Positions 12,611 through 27,632 of a stretch of DNA of 64,000 nt are shown one piece after another. Every line of letters begins with the position of its first letter. Positions within the stretch are counted from its first letter, which is position 1. Under the pieces are notes generated by a model. That model searched no databases and was not told the DNA's origin. It worked only from the letters and a program-made list of their open reading frames with translations. Position numbers and translations under genes: made by a program. Source of the DNA: Octopus sinensis (lineage: Eukaryota); NCBI RefSeq assembly GCF_006345805.1, contig NC_043011.1, positions 34,546,464 to 34,610,463 on the forward strand. The letters run 5' to 3'.

Positions 12611-12672
<62 letters not shown>
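12604..12672. repeat. (GATA)n in the 5' UTR intron of B1
   Basis: Direct reading; a second copy lies in the duplicated segment 12166-12332. Confidence 0.95.
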
Positions 12673-12673
<1 letters not shown>

Positions 12674-12751
12674 TATTAGAATGTTTACAGAATTTTTGTT
12701 AGAGTCTAGGGAAGAAATAAGAGAATTTATCACAATGCACTAAAAAACAAA

Positions 12752-12911
12752 ACTTACTGAATTGTGTATGGGACATGTTAAAAAAGAAAGAAGGCATTAT
12801 ATATCGTAATTCGTGGCTGGGTAACATCTGTGTTGCTCTCATCTAAGACAGAAACCAATGAAATCGATTGAAGAGAAGCGGAAAATGCTGACATAACCAA
12901 TTTAAAGATAA
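12752..12911 (-). promoter_or_regulatory. Promoter and micro first exon of B1
   Basis: Plus-strand AGATAA 12906-12911 and CATCTG 12825-12830; minus-strand TATATAA 12797-12803 and donor GTAAGT 12752-12757. Confidence 0.65.
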
Positions 12912-13039
12912 GTGTTGAGGAAAAATATACACAAACCATTTTGATACCAATAATTACGTTCTGAGTCATAAACGTTTGACTATGTAACTTTAACGAATTA
13001 TCAAATGAGTTGTTTGTGTTTCTCGCTTTTTGTGTGTGT

Positions 13040-13800
13040 AGGTGTTGCCCCCAGGTGCCTTCAAATAATATTTGAGATTTTCAAAACTGAGACAAAGTCA
13101 GCCGGTCTGACATGGCAGTTGCTATCCTTGTTTCTTCTATGGACCAGAATCATGAGTAATCTACATCTGATATCCGACCATACTGGAGTATTTCCACCAA
13201 CACATGACCCATTGAAACACACCATGGATGTGTTTCATGAGGTCTGTCTTAGGCACTTAAGCAAGGAACTATTCTGTTCTTTTGAGCAATATATCAAGTG
13301 GTATATAGGTAGCTCTGATCGGAAAGGATTTAAGATCATGACCAGTCAAATGTACACGTTATGGGACGGGATTGTTATTTCCCACTGATTACCTCTGGCA
13401 CTGGACATGATGTTAAACTTCCTCCGTGAGTGTGTCTCTGGATTGTGGTTCTAGGGATTTGACAAGAGAACAATCTGTTAGACACCCTTGTTTCCAGGTC
13501 TACACATCATCGGAAGAGAACTTGCTAGGGTCGCAGTTGTGGATTATTCAGTATGTCACGAAATTGTCTCAAGAACATCACAATGGACTGGGGACTGTTA
13601 GCTCTTTAGCTCCCCCTCAAAGAAAGGTATTCTCCATACAAATCCTGCATCTTGATAAGTACTGGATTCGTCACATTCGTTGCATCGGACCAATACATGC
13701 GTGAAGGATGAGATAATGGTTTGGTTCTGTATAAAACATGCCTACTATAATAACATTTATCGTGCAGTTTGTTCATTAAACCAAGACACCAGCATTAAGT
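13040..13800. repeat. Conserved upstream block, possibly an old LINE remnant; direct copies at about 29320-30180 and 44920-45690, inverted copy at about 14985-15720
   Basis: Recognisable sequence similarity by eye. Only weak, stop-ridden resemblance to reverse transcriptase, so the LINE origin is uncertain. Confidence 0.6.
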
Positions 13801-15840
13801 TTTAAGAGAAAAAGGTTATGAAGTGTTTGTTTCCCAAATTTGTGGGTGATAATATAGTTCTGTACTTTCTTATGAATAGTTCTATAAGGGAACTTTTAAT
13901 ATATGTCACCGGCGTCATTGAGGTGAGGAAAAATATCAATGACACCTCTAATTGACACATTTGATATATTATTAATCAGTATAAAGGCATAGCTTGGAAA
14001 AACTTACATGTAAAAATTTTCTTGTTCTGTACTTTACCAAATGTAATAAGTTGTCCTGAACTTTTCTAAGTGTAAAAGCTTGTCCTGTGGTTTTCCAGGT
14101 TTATAATCTCAAGAATACTATTTCCCTTGCTCGCATTTTGCCATGTAAGGAAATATGGGTGAGAATAGAAAGCATTGATTGTATAACATCTGCAATCGTT
14201 TTGGTTGGGTTTTGCAGCATTCGAGATAAGAGGAGATTGCTTACCCCTCACTCAGCTCTCCTTCATGTCTTTGATGAAAGAGACAGTGTATGTGTGGGCT
14301 TTCGTAACTATTTCGCAATGCAATATAGAGAATTCGTGAAGAAAAAGAGAAAGAAGAATCAACACCAGTTGATTTGGATAGCAGTACTTTATTTATCAAC
14401 CCTTGAAGAATGAAAAGCAAAGTAGACCTTGAAAGCAAATTTGCTCATCCTTGTGTTCTGCATTTAATATAAATCATAAAATAAAAGTACTAGCTTGTTC
14501 TGAGATGACGGCATCATGACTCTAGTATTAATATAATACAATGTTGTGTAAAAATAATAATTCATTTTAAAATCGCAAACTCCCAGAACACTGAAAATAG
14601 ATTTTTTTAGTATAACACCACTAAACTGTCAAACAAAGTATTGCTTTCAAATTTTTGACACAAGGCCAGCAATTTCGAGGGCTGGGTAAGTCAATTATAT
14701 CTGCCCAGTACTCAACTGGTACTTAATTTATCGGCCTCCGAAAGAATGAAAGACAGAGTCGACCCCGGTGGTATTTGAACTCAGAACAGAAGCATTTTGT
14801 CCGCGCGGTTTCGATTCTGACAGTTCGCCGCCTTACTGTAAAACAGAATGTTAATATCAAACCTTGGAACCGAAGCAAAACTCAGAGCTCATTTTATCTT
14901 ATATTCTCTCGTCGCTCCTACGAATAAGGATTAAACAAGATACAGTTGCACGAAGTCCTTCGCCACGAGAATTATGAAGGCAGTTTGAAAGCGTTTTGTG
15001 TTGGTGTCTTGGTTTGCTGAACAATCTGCACGGTGAACGTTATAGTAGGCATGGTTTGTGCAGAGCCAATCCATTCTCTCGTCCCCCACGCTTGTATTGG
15101 TTTGGTGCAACTAGTGCAACGAACTCAGTAGTTATCAAGATGCAAGATTTGTATGCGGAGTTACCTTCTCTTAGATGGTAATTGGCCAGCATATACTTGT
15201 GTAGAATATGGTCAGCTTCGACTGATCGTCGCCTTATGTAAACACTAGACACACTATATGCGAAAGGCAAAGAAGATGAGATAATCATGGTCGGAGCGCC
15301 TTTTGATCACAGGGCTTCATGATGCGGGTTAATTAGCGGTAAACCACCATGCCATCTCACAACGCGTACTTTGTAAGTGGACTGGATATGTTATGAGCCT
15401 CTGTAATCCTTTAAGCTCAGAAATCATATAAACACCATTTGATGTATCGCTCAAGGTGCGTAGCAGAACAGAGTAGTTCCTTGCTTAAGTGCCTACGACA
15501 GGTCTCAAGAAACATCTCCATGATGCACTAAATAGGTCATATATTGGTGGAAATACTCCAGTAAGATCAACTGTGGGATGTAGATGACTCAAGTTTCTGA
15601 TCCATGCAGGACAATGAGGGTGACAACTTCCTTATGCACGAGTAACTTCATGTCAGTCCGGTTGACTTTGTCTCGGTTCTGAAAAACTCGACTTATATTT
15701 GAAGACGCCCAGGGGTAGTTTGTACACCAGAGAAAAACGAAACAAACACGACTGATTAACTCTTTTAAAGTTGCGAAACCAAAAACTTATAGTTTACGGC
15801 GATATTGCTGGGAACCAAACAGCTGTGGGTCTATTTCTCT

Positions 15841-15992
15841 CAATACTTATCTTTAATTTACGTGGTTCAGTTGATTTCGTTAAGTTTACAGGGATATGAG
15901 AAAATGCAGATGTCAGTGAAAATTAATTTACTATATAAAACCTCTTGCTTCCCTTTTTTAACAAATTGTATCCCACATGCATTTCAGTGAGT
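15841..15992 (+). promoter_or_regulatory. Promoter and short first exon of A2
   Basis: TTATCT 15847-15852, CAGATG 15907-15912, TATATAAAA 15932-15940, donor GTGAGT from 15987. Confidence 0.65.
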
Positions 15993-16081
15993 TTTGTTTG
16001 TAGTTTTTAGTACATTTCAATGACATTCCTTATTTCTTCTCTCTAGCCTAGAACTTCATATTGACATACTCTAACAAGACC

Positions 16082-16171
<90 letters not shown>

Positions 16172-16192
16172 CGTTTACTTTATATTTTAGAC

Positions 16193-19100
16193 ATGAAGCT
16201 CGTCCTTTTGTGTTTAGTGTTGCTTCCCATCGTCTTCTCCGCCAGCCTCTATGATGAGGAGGTCGACAAAAGACTTTCAAGTAAGTAAAAGCAAATCCTT
16301 ATATAAACATTTTGTGTATCAGAATGACAGTTATGATATTGTTGTTGTTGTTTAACCCTAGGTCAACGCTGGTCGGACAGATTTGCCTGTTACCAAAAGA
16401 TTTGCAAAATAATGGTCTTCTTGAATTTGCTAGTCCATCACGCTTACAATAATAATGTTTGAGACGGTAGCCTAGCAGAATCGTTAGCATGCTAAACAAA
16501 ATGGTTAGCGGCATTACTTCCGGGTTTATATTCTGAGTTTAAATTCAGCCGAGTTCTACTTTGCTTTTCATCATGTTAGTGTTGATAAAATAAGTACCAG
16601 TTGAGCACGGGGCTCAATGTAATCGACTAGTCCCCTCTCCTAAAATTTCAGGCTTTTTACCAATTGTAGATAGTATTATTACTATTATTATTCTAGTTGT
16701 CATATTTTTATTGCGTGCTTCAACTGTGCAACCAATCGCATTTCTGTATTTGTTGCCGGAAAATAGTAATAATAGTACACCACACTCACAGGACAAATGG
16801 AATAACCTAGTCACTATAAATGAAGAGAGTACGTAGTAGGCAGTCAGAGAAAGTCGTATTTTTACTGGTTTTACTAAGTACACTGCATACTGAAGTGGGC
16901 GTTATATCAATCCAAAATTTTAAGGACTGTAACAGTGGCAACGCCGATTTAAACAACTCACGAGGAATTAAAAAAACTCGACGAGGATTTAAACAGCTCT
17001 CAAGGAATTAAGAAACTCGAAGAGGAGTTAATAAACTCATAATGTTGGTGTAAGAATTTTACTAACATCGTAAATGCATGGAATATTTGTTGGCAGGTTT
17101 GCTCGAGTTGTAAAAACAGCAACAACAACAGCTGAAAGAAACAACAACAACAGCAAGAGCAACAAAAGAAGCAACAACAACAAATCATATTTCGGCAACA
17201 AATGCTGCAATTACTAAAGTCGTCAGGAAAGTCAGAAAAAGTGTTCTCGCCAGACTGTTTCGCGAACTCCATAAAAGAGTTCAAATACGAACCTGACGGA
17301 GGAGTTACCTTTCGAAGCATACTACTGAAGATATGAGCAAATCTTCGAGAAAGAATGTAAAGATTGGGACGGCCGAGATTAAAACGCGCTTAATCTTGAA
17401 ATAAAAACCCCCAGATGCAACAGAACATGAACGTTGCATACAAAATGGATTTAGATGGATAAGTGCCAGAAGGAATTCGATGAATTGAAAAGTATTTTAA
17501 CCTCGGACCGACCATTGATACAATTTAATCCAAAGTTAGAAACTATATTGGCTGAAAATGCAAGTGAGTACGGTATAGGAGCCGTACATCTGCATAAATA
17601 TGGCGATGGTAGTACAAAGGCAATAGGCAATGCGTCAAGGTTGTTATTGCCAGCTGAAAAGAATTATAGCCAGGTAGAAAAAGAGGCGTTGGCAATCATA
17701 TTTGGTGTCAAGAAGTTCCATAGATTTATCCATGGAAGACGTTTCTGTTTTCAAACAGATCATCGCCCTCTTCTGACTTTATACGCGTCCAAAAAAGAAA
17801 TCCCAAGACATACAACAAATAGTTTACAGCGAGTGGGGCACTGCATCATTAAATTATGACTACAGAGTGGAGTATTTACCGTCGAAAAACCTAGGGCACG
17901 CGGATGGTTTGTCCAGACTGACACCAAAACACTGTGAGCCATTCGAAGATACGGTAATCGCAGCTCCAAGAGCTGAAGGTGAACTAAAAAAAAAACGTAA
18001 TGTAGAACGTGATACGAGAATTACCGGTAACCGTAGAAGAGATAAAGCGGAATGCAGTAAAACACTAGTTTATAAAGGAAACAAAAAGAACACTGTGGTC
18101 AATAAAAGAAAATAGAAACAGTTTGCTACGAAACGAAACCAAGACGTGAACCTATACTCAATGTGTGATGGCATACTTATGTATGCGCAGTGAGTAGTGA
18201 TGATGGAAACACTACAAAAAAAAAATGTGAGAATTTTACGTCGGATATCTTGGTATTTCAAGGCCGAAAGCTTTAATGCACAGTGACGTATACTGGCCGA
18301 AAATGGACAGAGAAATCGAAAATTTGGTGAAAGGCGGTAGAGGATATGCTCTAGCAGCAAAATTGCTCACTATAAAATATGAAAATTGGCCACACGTAGA
18401 TGTTACATGATTGAGACTACACATCGATTTCGCTGGTCATTTAAATTGTTCATACTGCTTAGTGGTAGCTGATAGTTTTTAGAAATGGTCTGAAATTTGT
18501 GAGTGTAAAAAAAATAACCTCCTCAACTGTGATAAGTTTTCTACACGAACTGTTTGCGAGATTTGGCATCACGGACGTGATAGTGTCTGACAATGGAACG
18601 CAATTTGTGTTTAGCGAATTTGAAAAATTTTGTGAAACGTTCGCAGTAGAACATAAGACCACTGCGCCATACCATCCCAGATCTAATGGATAGGCAGAAC
18701 GCTTTGTCGACACTTTGAAGAGAGCCCTAAGAAAATCGAATGAGGAAGTCACAGATATGGTAACTCTACAACAATTTTTAAGAGTGTACCGTGTAACACC
18801 AAATCAGAATACAGCTGCAGGTAGCTCACCAGCGGATCTGATGTTTACAAGGAAAGTAAAATCAGTCTTTGATAAATTGCTACGTGGCAAGAAAAGAAAA
18901 AGTTTGTATGTGCTAATTATTATTATTGCAAACACTGCTCCTGTTGCTGATACTTTATTCGTAACATTCCGGCTTTTTGTAGCGTCACTGGCCGTTTGGC
19001 TATTTTTATAGTATACGAGTAAGTGTACTAAACAACAGTTTAGGTTGCATATAGTAATATCATTCGTTCAAACGCTACTAATTTATTAGTAGCCCGCCGG

Positions 19101-22100
19101 ATTTTTGCGGCATCACTGGCTGTTTGACTATTACTATTATATACACATTCGACTGTTTTCCGTTCTGGCAATCGGCACAAGGCTGGCTATCGCTGGTGAT
19201 TCACAAAATTGGTAAAATCACATGATACGGTAACACCATCCACCGGTGCAGACGATCATTTCATTAGTCGATATAATCCGTGCTTTTAGTCGGCGTGCTG
19301 GTAGAATCGTTAGCACGCCGGGAAAAATGCTGAGTGGAATTTTGTCCGTCCTTATTTTCTGAGTTCAAATTCTGTCGAGACCGACTTTACCTTTTTTCCT
19401 TTCGGGGTCCACCAAATAAGTACCAGTTGAGCACTAGGGGCGTTGTAATCGACTTAACCCCTACTCTAAAATGTGCCAACATTTGAAAACGACGTAGTCG
19501 GTGCTTTAATGAACGCTTATCGTCAACACAGGACGGGATCTCTGGACGTATTCTATCAGCGTTTTTCGTAATATGCGTACGATTTCTAATGATGGTTTTC
19601 TTTGTCTAATGTTTATGTGTAAATTTTGTTTGTGTAAAGTCTGCATGTCTTAAAGTTACATCATTGTATTTGTGAGCACGGTAATGCTTTGTAGGAGATT
19701 ATTCTGTTTATAAAGGCAGCAGGCCGGCAGAATCGTTACCACGCCGGGCTTAGCACATTTCTAGTCTCGCATACCGACAAGGTCGACTTTGTCATTTACC
19801 CTTCCTCTATTGATAAAATAAAATATCAGTCAAGCACTAGACTCGATGTAATCAATAAGACCCTCACCTCAAATTTCAGTTTTTGTGCTTTTAGTAAAAA
19901 GAATAGTTAGCACACCAGATAAAATGTTTAACGATATTCCTTCCGACTTAAAGTTCTAAGTTCAAATTCTGCTGGGGCTACTTTGCTTTTCATCGGCTCG
20001 GAGTCGATAAAACAAGTACTAGTTGAGCACTGAGGTTGACATAATCAACTTCCTTTTTCCCTCAACAATTTGCTGGCCTCGTACCGAAATTAGAAATAAT
20101 TATTCTGCTTATCACTAAAACCCTGTAAATCGCCAATATTTCATATCATTGATTGCAGATTCGATTACATTCCTTACTACCTAACTTATGACGTCGAGAA
20201 TGGCATGAATGTCATGAAATCTCATACACTTCTCCGTTATAAATGCCATATTGACTTTCCCTGTGTTATAATTAAAATTCTCGAAGTCACTCAATTAAAC
20301 ATAAAAAACAAATTATGTTCTATTTAGTTACATTATCTTAAGTTCTGCTGGCTTCCAATATAAAATGCCGCAGTTTTCGATTCTATTTTCCGTTCTCCGA
20401 CTTCATTCTCTCTCTCAAACTGTTTCGATTCCTTCTACTTATGTTAAAATCCAACATTAGAAACATTATTTCAACATTTGTTCTAATTTCTCTTGCAGTC
20501 ACCGATGTAATTAATCACATTAAACATCTGAATCTGGGTGACGACTGTGTACAAGCTTGTGAAGATAACGTTCCAAATTTCTGGGCGTTCTTGTGTGGAG
20601 CAGCCTGTAGAATGTAAGTCAATACACAATGTATACACACACACGCACGCACAAAATTTGTTATTTTAATGACAGTACTACGGAACACGTTTCAACGTAA
20701 AATTTCTCTGCCCGTGTTACTTTAGCGTCCCTTCAATTTTTTGTAAAATTGATACATTGCTAAAGCAGGGTCCATTTGATATTTATTAATCCGTATAAAT
20801 TCTTAAATCACGTTATACTGCACCATGTACTCAGCATAACGTTTATACGATGTTGTTGTATTTAGGAATGGTCATTTTGCCAGTTTAGCCAATAAAAACA
20901 CACGCACTATATATTTGGTGTTAATTTGGTTCAGCTTTATTTATTTTTTACATTAATCTTAATCTTATTTCGGCCAGAGTTCTTTCGTCACACTTCTGTG
21001 ACCTCATCAGTGGTCCTTTGCTTTCTTCTTTCTTTCTTATTTGTGTGTTTCTCCTTACTAACGGTCAGCTCAAGCAAATTAACACCAAATGTATAGTTCG
21101 TGTGTTTTTATTGGCTAAACTGGCAAAATGACCATTCCTAACTACAACACCATCTGTTTCAACACACGATTTCACATCGAGAATCTTGCAAAACAAATAT
21201 ATAAACGTTTATACGATGGAAATTAAACAAAGAAAATTAAAAAATAAAGTGAAATGTTTAGTTTTCTATTCTTAACCAGAAATCGAAACCTTAGTCTAAA
21301 TTTTTCTGTAGGTTTCTATTGTTCTCAGAATTCTTACTTGGAAATTCATACTCCATTCAACTTAGATAAGCCTTATTCGTTTACTGAACATCTTAGGTTA
21401 AATTTAGTCCATCTCACAATAGCTTTTACCTTCTCTGTTCTTCGGACCTACTTTTGGCTTTGAAACATGTATAAATACAGAGCCCCAAAAGAATTCTGTC
21501 AACCAGTACCTTGCCGGAAGAACATGGCTCTCTTTTACCGGCCACCTTCTCGGAGGGACATCTGCCTTTCACCCGACAACCTGCTGGAGGAACATCTCTC
21601 GCATCTTGCCGGAAAAACACGCCTCTCTTTTGTCCAGCATTTCGGCGAATGGATATGTCTATCTCTTTCTCGTACGTCTATCTCTTTCTAGCACAAATTT
21701 CTCTCTTTCACGCGACACCTTGCCGCAGGAATATCTCACTGTCTCTCACTGGGCACCTTGCCAGAGGAACATGACTCTCTTTCGCTGGGCACCTTGCCAG
21801 AGGAATATATGTCTTTCACCCAGGACCTTGCCAGAGGAACATGACTCTTTCTTTTGTGCGGCATTTAGCGGATTTAACATGCCTGTCATTCTCTCACCCC
21901 TGGAAAACAGCCAACTACTATAGATTCTGTACACTGTCTCTAAGAAGACGAATAACAGTTACATGTATAAATTAATACACTTCTAAAACAGTAGATTTGA
22001 TCTTGGTCAATCTGCATAGAAAACAAGAGGGGAAGAACAAAGCTATTTCTAATACACTGCTTGTAAATTAATCAACTTCGAAAATATGGTCTGTTTACTA

Positions 22101-22435
22101 GATACGAACTGCTGTCTATTGTACAATATAGCACAGTATTCCAGGATTTCTGTAAATATCGGATTACTGGAAGTTAGATATCTTTTAGGAAGCGCTCTTG
22201 CTTCCAACTCGACATCAGACCACGGACATTTATACAACCAATGTAACTGATTTTTTAGATGAATTTTAAGAATTACAATGTAAAAGATAAATCTTGTGCT
22301 AAACGTTACGATATATGACGGCATTTCTTATTTGATAAACAATGCAAGAAGTACAATATTTAGTAAACTTTAGTCTAAATACTTTTCTTTTCTTTTATTC
22401 TTTTCAGTATCTTGGGCAAAGGAGACGTAAACTAA
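16193..22435 (+). CDS. Gene A2: secreted four-cysteine prepropeptide, 76 aa; join(16193..16280,20499..20613,22408..22435). Identical to A1 except C-terminus GKGDVN
   Basis: Exons 1 and 2 identical in nucleotide sequence to A1, one GGA>GTA change in exon 3, splice sites intact. Confidence 0.9.
16760..18900 (+). mobile_element. Degenerate, internally deleted Gypsy LTR retrotransposon in A2 intron 1 (leader, gag-like Q-rich part, RNase H, integrase)
   Basis: 17455-17859 reads ...ASEYGIGAV...NYSQVEKEALAIIFGVKKFHRFIHGRRFCFQTDHRPLL (RT/RNase H). HADGLSRL motif at about 17900. Integrase core IVSDNGTQF...HPRSNG*AERF at 18500-18720. Many stops and frameshifts. Confidence 0.92.
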
Positions 22436-25400
22436 TCGGAACAAAATCGCTGTAAATTCTGTTAATCGTAATGTCTAACATAAAATGAAATAAAATGCAT
22501 CACACACACACACAGGTGGTGATTTTATATTTCCTTGTGTTTTAAATGAAAATTGTTTGTTACTTGTTGTTTTGTTAGTTGTCTTAATATTTTATTTATT
22601 TATTCATTTATTATATATTGTTATTGCCGTGAATGAGTCAGTTGAATACAAGAGTTATCGAATGGATTGCTGATTGAGTATCCAATAGATCAAACCACGC
22701 CACTGAATCTGCTCGTTCCTGTGACGGAGACATGACATCGGTTAAGAATGTAACAGTTACATGAGTTCCTAGAGTATTCTCAAGCCTACATATATATTAC
22801 TGACCCAGCTGTTAAAACTGATATATTGAAAACATTCCACTTTCTACACCAATGCCAGTTTTCCAATTTTCCTAAGACATATCTTTCTGAATCATACGAA
22901 TATACGCTGAGAAGTTCTTGCAAGGTGCCTGTAAGCTTGTCTGGCGACCGCGTGGACTTCTTGTTTATTTTGAAGTGAATTCTAAGGCGAGGTTATATAA
23001 CCACTACTCTAGAATGTGGGTAGAAAACTAAAGCTATTGATTATTTTCAGACATTATTGAAGTACTTGAATCTAAAAGATCTAACATAAATTGTAAATGA
23101 TATCGCAGAAAAGATAGCTAGTTCATAGCTGGAATATTTGTTGAATCGGCACTAACTTGGGACGAAATAACAAAACGTCAAGAATAACAAAAATAACAAC
23201 AAAAACATAAATAACAGCAAAAACATTTCGGGATGGAGAACATTTATTATAATTTTAAAGTTTTTCGGGTCGCGAAGTGACAAAAGAATTAGAGCGTCGA
23301 CAAAAAGCTTTGTGGTGTATTTGTCCCGTGTTTACGTTCGTGGTTGCAGTCGCGCTGAGGTCAAGTTTGTTTTCATCTCTCTTATGTCAAGTATCGGATC
23401 AACTATAAGGACTAACTCCCAACCGCCAAAAATTGCTGATCTTGTGCTTCGATCAGAAACAATGATGGCGATCTGGTAGAATTGTTAGTGCGCCAGACAA
23501 AATACCATGAGGCATTTCTTCCGACTCTTCATGTTCTGAGTTCAAAATCCGTCGCTGAGTATTCTTTTGGTGTCGATAAAATAAAATACCTGTCATATAC
23601 TGGAGTTAACATAGTCAGTTAACCCTCTCCTTTCAAAATTGTTGGCTTTGTATCTAAACTAGAGACAAGTCATTCTCAGATGAGTTCTCCTGGGATGTTT
23701 CCAGCCATGTAGGTCCTCTCTCTATATATTCCTATTACAGGCACAGGCCTGACATTTTAGGGGAGCAGAGCTAATCGATTACATCGACCCCAGTGTGCAA
23801 CTGGTACTTATTTCATCGACTCCGAAAAGATGAAAGGCAAAGCCAACCTCTGCAGTCCATGTATGGATATGTCTTGGCGTCACTCAACCACTGCACCTCC
23901 TATGAGCATACAGAGCTCAACAATAAGTGATAACCTATCTAGAATAAGATCAACTCTAGGCAAAAAAGAAGGTTGTTGATCGTTCCTACTTCAGTGTTAT
24001 GTATCATCTAAAATGCACAGAGTAGAGTTATGGGAAGATGCATTCTACAGTCTTTAAACAATTTGTAAAAATTAAACACTTGAGGAAACAGTTCTTTACA
24101 TCCAATACTTCCAGCAGTAGGAGTCTGTAAGAATTACATGGCAAGCGGAAACAACTGAAAAGCTAGCAATATCGGGAAAGGACCTAAAAGGAGGCAAGCA
24201 GGCAGAGTCGCTAGCATGCCGGACAAAATGTTGAGTGGAATTTCGTCTGTCATTACACTCTGATTTCAAATTCCGCTATGGCTGACATTGTAGAGTAAGA
24301 TTTTGTAGTGTAATATATGGATACATAGTAATCTAATTCGGAGGAATACAGTGCAGAGTCCTATGTAGTTGAAATCCAGGAGATCTGAGCGATGAGCTTA
24401 TTTCATGAGGAGTATAGAAAGTAAGGAGGTACGAGATGAGGAGGTGAATATATTTATTTAACCACTTGTCGTCTTGAAGGTTACGGCTATTTCGCAGCCT
24501 TCGTCATTTAGTTATAATTTCAGTGTAGATTACATTTACATGTCTGCAATAATATGCGTGCTACTCTAGATTTCTTTATCTGTTCTGATTTGTAAATATA
24601 CGACTGCATTGTATAATGCACGCGCGCGCGCACACACTCACACGCAGACGCACAGACACACACACTCTCACGCACACACACGAGTGTGTGTGTCGCTAAG
24701 ATTGAACTACGTTTAGCAAGAAAAAAAATTAAGAGACAATAACAAAATTAAGGAATGGTCAAACCTGTTCATAAGGACTTACAGTTTATTGGAGATATCT
24801 TGGTTCAAATTCAATCGCAATAAAAATAAACTGAAGTTCACACAAATTGTGGATTTCTATCCATCAGCATCGAAATCACTGCTACGTAATGTATTAGAGT
24901 TTGCCCGTTTATTTATAACCATAGGTGAACAAAAAATACAGCTCTTTATACGTAAGACATTGTTATTTAGTAACAGATCTATTTGGACTAAAAAAGATAA
25001 CCAAAGCAAACTATTCGATGTCCCAATGGGTTCGTATCATAGCGTGGATATATGAGATTTAGTTGGTTTATACATATTAAATCATGTTAATTCGAAATTC
25101 CCTATCTATAACACCAGGATATACTGCGATGATGCTTTAGTCGTATCACACAATTGAGATGACCATGCTATGGAATCCTTTAGAAAGTAATTAATTTCTA
25201 CCTTCAAATTTATGCGACATTAAATATCTGTTGATACCAACCTTGTTAATACTGGCTTTTTAAATGTTTCCTAAGATCTCGAAACTAATTCATATAAGTC
25301 CTTCCACAAAACTAAAGAAAACCTTAAATATATTAACAAGCACTCTTGTCACCCACATTTTGCTTTTAAAAAGATAGTTCCAAGTATTAGCCGTTGGATC

Positions 25401-25998
25401 ATTCCTTTCTTCTACAGAAATATTCGAAAAGGCTGGCCATTATTATAATAAGGCCCTACAGAATAGCTGCTTTATGATAAAATCCTACAACCCTCACCTC
25501 CTCTATCATCTAGTTGTAAGAATAGGCCTCAGAAAGTTTTATGGTTTGGCCACACTTTCTCCCTTAAATGTAGAAATGAGTTGTGATATCACTGGTGCCA
25601 AGCTATATCAGCCTTTGTCTTTCCCTTGAATAACATTGGTAGCGTGGAGATCGGGTTTAGTGTACGCAAATGTATTGAATGTTTCTGATCATAGGTCTGC
25701 TTGATCAAGATTTTGCTACCTTAATTGCTGGGTGTATTTATTTTACGGTCATTTACATTGTAAGTTCAAATCCGGCCGATATCAACTTTACCTTTCATTC
25801 TTCTTAGGTTGAGCAAAACAATTAGTGCCTCATTCATGGATTGGTTAACGGGTTCAGTCTAATCATTCATGGATATGAATGATTAGCTTAGAAAATTCCA
25901 TTTTCGCCACTTAGAGAGGAAATGAAGCTTAACTGATGTCATGTTTCCGCCGTAAGAACGAGTTGGAGAATCAGTCAAAAATCCACTCGGTAAGTCAG

Positions 25999-27632
25999 TC
26001 ATGCATCCAATTGGCTGACATTCAGGAAAGTAACAAAAAAAAATTAAATTAAATTAAAAATAAAAAAATACACTGACTAATGAACAAGTGACAAACAATT
26101 TATTACTATTTAAAACACAAGGTAGAAAATAAATAAGTAAATAAATATGTACAGAACTAAATAAATAAAATACACTTTTTTGTATAATACAGTTTATTTC
26201 CTTTTACGTTACATATTATGGAAAACAGGATTTAGAGTGATGTTTTTCCGGTTATTTACCGCCGCCAGTAGCCCTTATACTGAAAAAAAAAATCAAAGAA
26301 AGAATCCAGTGTAAAGTTTAGCAATTATTGTGTTCATTGCATAATTTACCGAATTGTTGTGAGGTTTGGCGGGAGAATTTATGCTTTAAATTGGAATTTT
26401 TCTTATTTACCTCAAAATCAGTCTCCCGTTAAAAGTGCCAGTTACACACTGGGGTCGATGTAATCGACTTAATCCCTTTGCCTGTCCTTGTTTGTGCCCT
26501 GTATGTTTAGCCCCTTGTGGGCAATAAAGAAATAAGAAACGTTAGCAAAGCCGGCGAAATGCGTAGCGGTATTTCGTTTGTCTTTACGTTTTGAGTTCCA
26601 ATTCCGCGGAGGGCGACTATGCCTTTCAGCCTTTCAGGGTCGATAAATTAGGTTCCGGTAGCGAACTGGGAGCGATGTAATCGACTGGTCCCCTCCTCAA
26701 AAATTTCGGGCCTTGTGTCTTGAGTAGAAAACAATGTTTCATTCACATAGAAAGGCATGGTCGTGTGGTTAAAAAGCCTACTCAGCAACCACGTAGCTTC
26801 GGGTTGTGTTCTGTTGCGCGACACGTGAGGTAAGTGTCTTCAACCAGATCCTTTAGCTGACCAATGCCATCAGAAGGAATTTGACCGACGGAAAATGTCA
26901 GGAGGTTTGTATTGTGTGTGTGTATGTGTGTGTGTGTGCGCGAGCGCGCCTTCGTCCGCCTTCGCCCGCCTCCGGACGTCCGCCTTCGCCCGCCTCCGGA
27001 CGTCCGCCTTCGCCCGCCTTTCAGACGCCGCTGCGTTCTCCCCGTCCCTTTTGACGCACGCGTTTGCCCGCCTTCGCTCGCTCGCCCGCCGGCATCCGCC
27101 GCACAACAGCTCTTTATGTAGGGTCGTGGCCGAACGGCATAGGTGACCACCTGGAAGGAATGTTGTCGTCGCTCCTTTCTGCCAACGGTTAGCTCCCCTA
27201 TTGCCGGTGCAAGGTCGACTCTACACGGCTGGCGCGTCCTCGAATCTCTGCCGCCGTCGCACACCGCCCGCCTTTCAGACGCGTTCCCTCGACGCCCGCG
27301 TCTGCCCGCCTCTTCACGCCCGCCTTTCAACGCTCGTAGGTTCGTCCTCTCGCAATCGAACCACTTTTCGTTACCACATTTTCTCTCGCCTCCTCCGACC
27401 CCCGGCCTCGTATTCGCAGGCGAGGACCCGATCAGGTTACGCCGCTGACCTCGTGTCGCGTCGCCGCTGGCGCGGCGGACGGGCTAGCCGTCGCTTCCCG
27501 TTCCGCCACAGGCGACGCGGCGTCACTGAAAGAGAGCGGTGCCGTGTCTGTCCCTTCTTCCCTGGACAGAACCGTGGCTTCAACTCCGGGTTTCGCTGCC
27601 TCGTAGCGTTTCTACCTCTTCTGCAGCTTCCC

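Noticed and set aside
13005-13388. 127-aa ORF conserved at 29304-29687
   Set aside because: Conservation is explained by the recent duplication; the older copies at 45 kb and 15.5 kb are disrupted.
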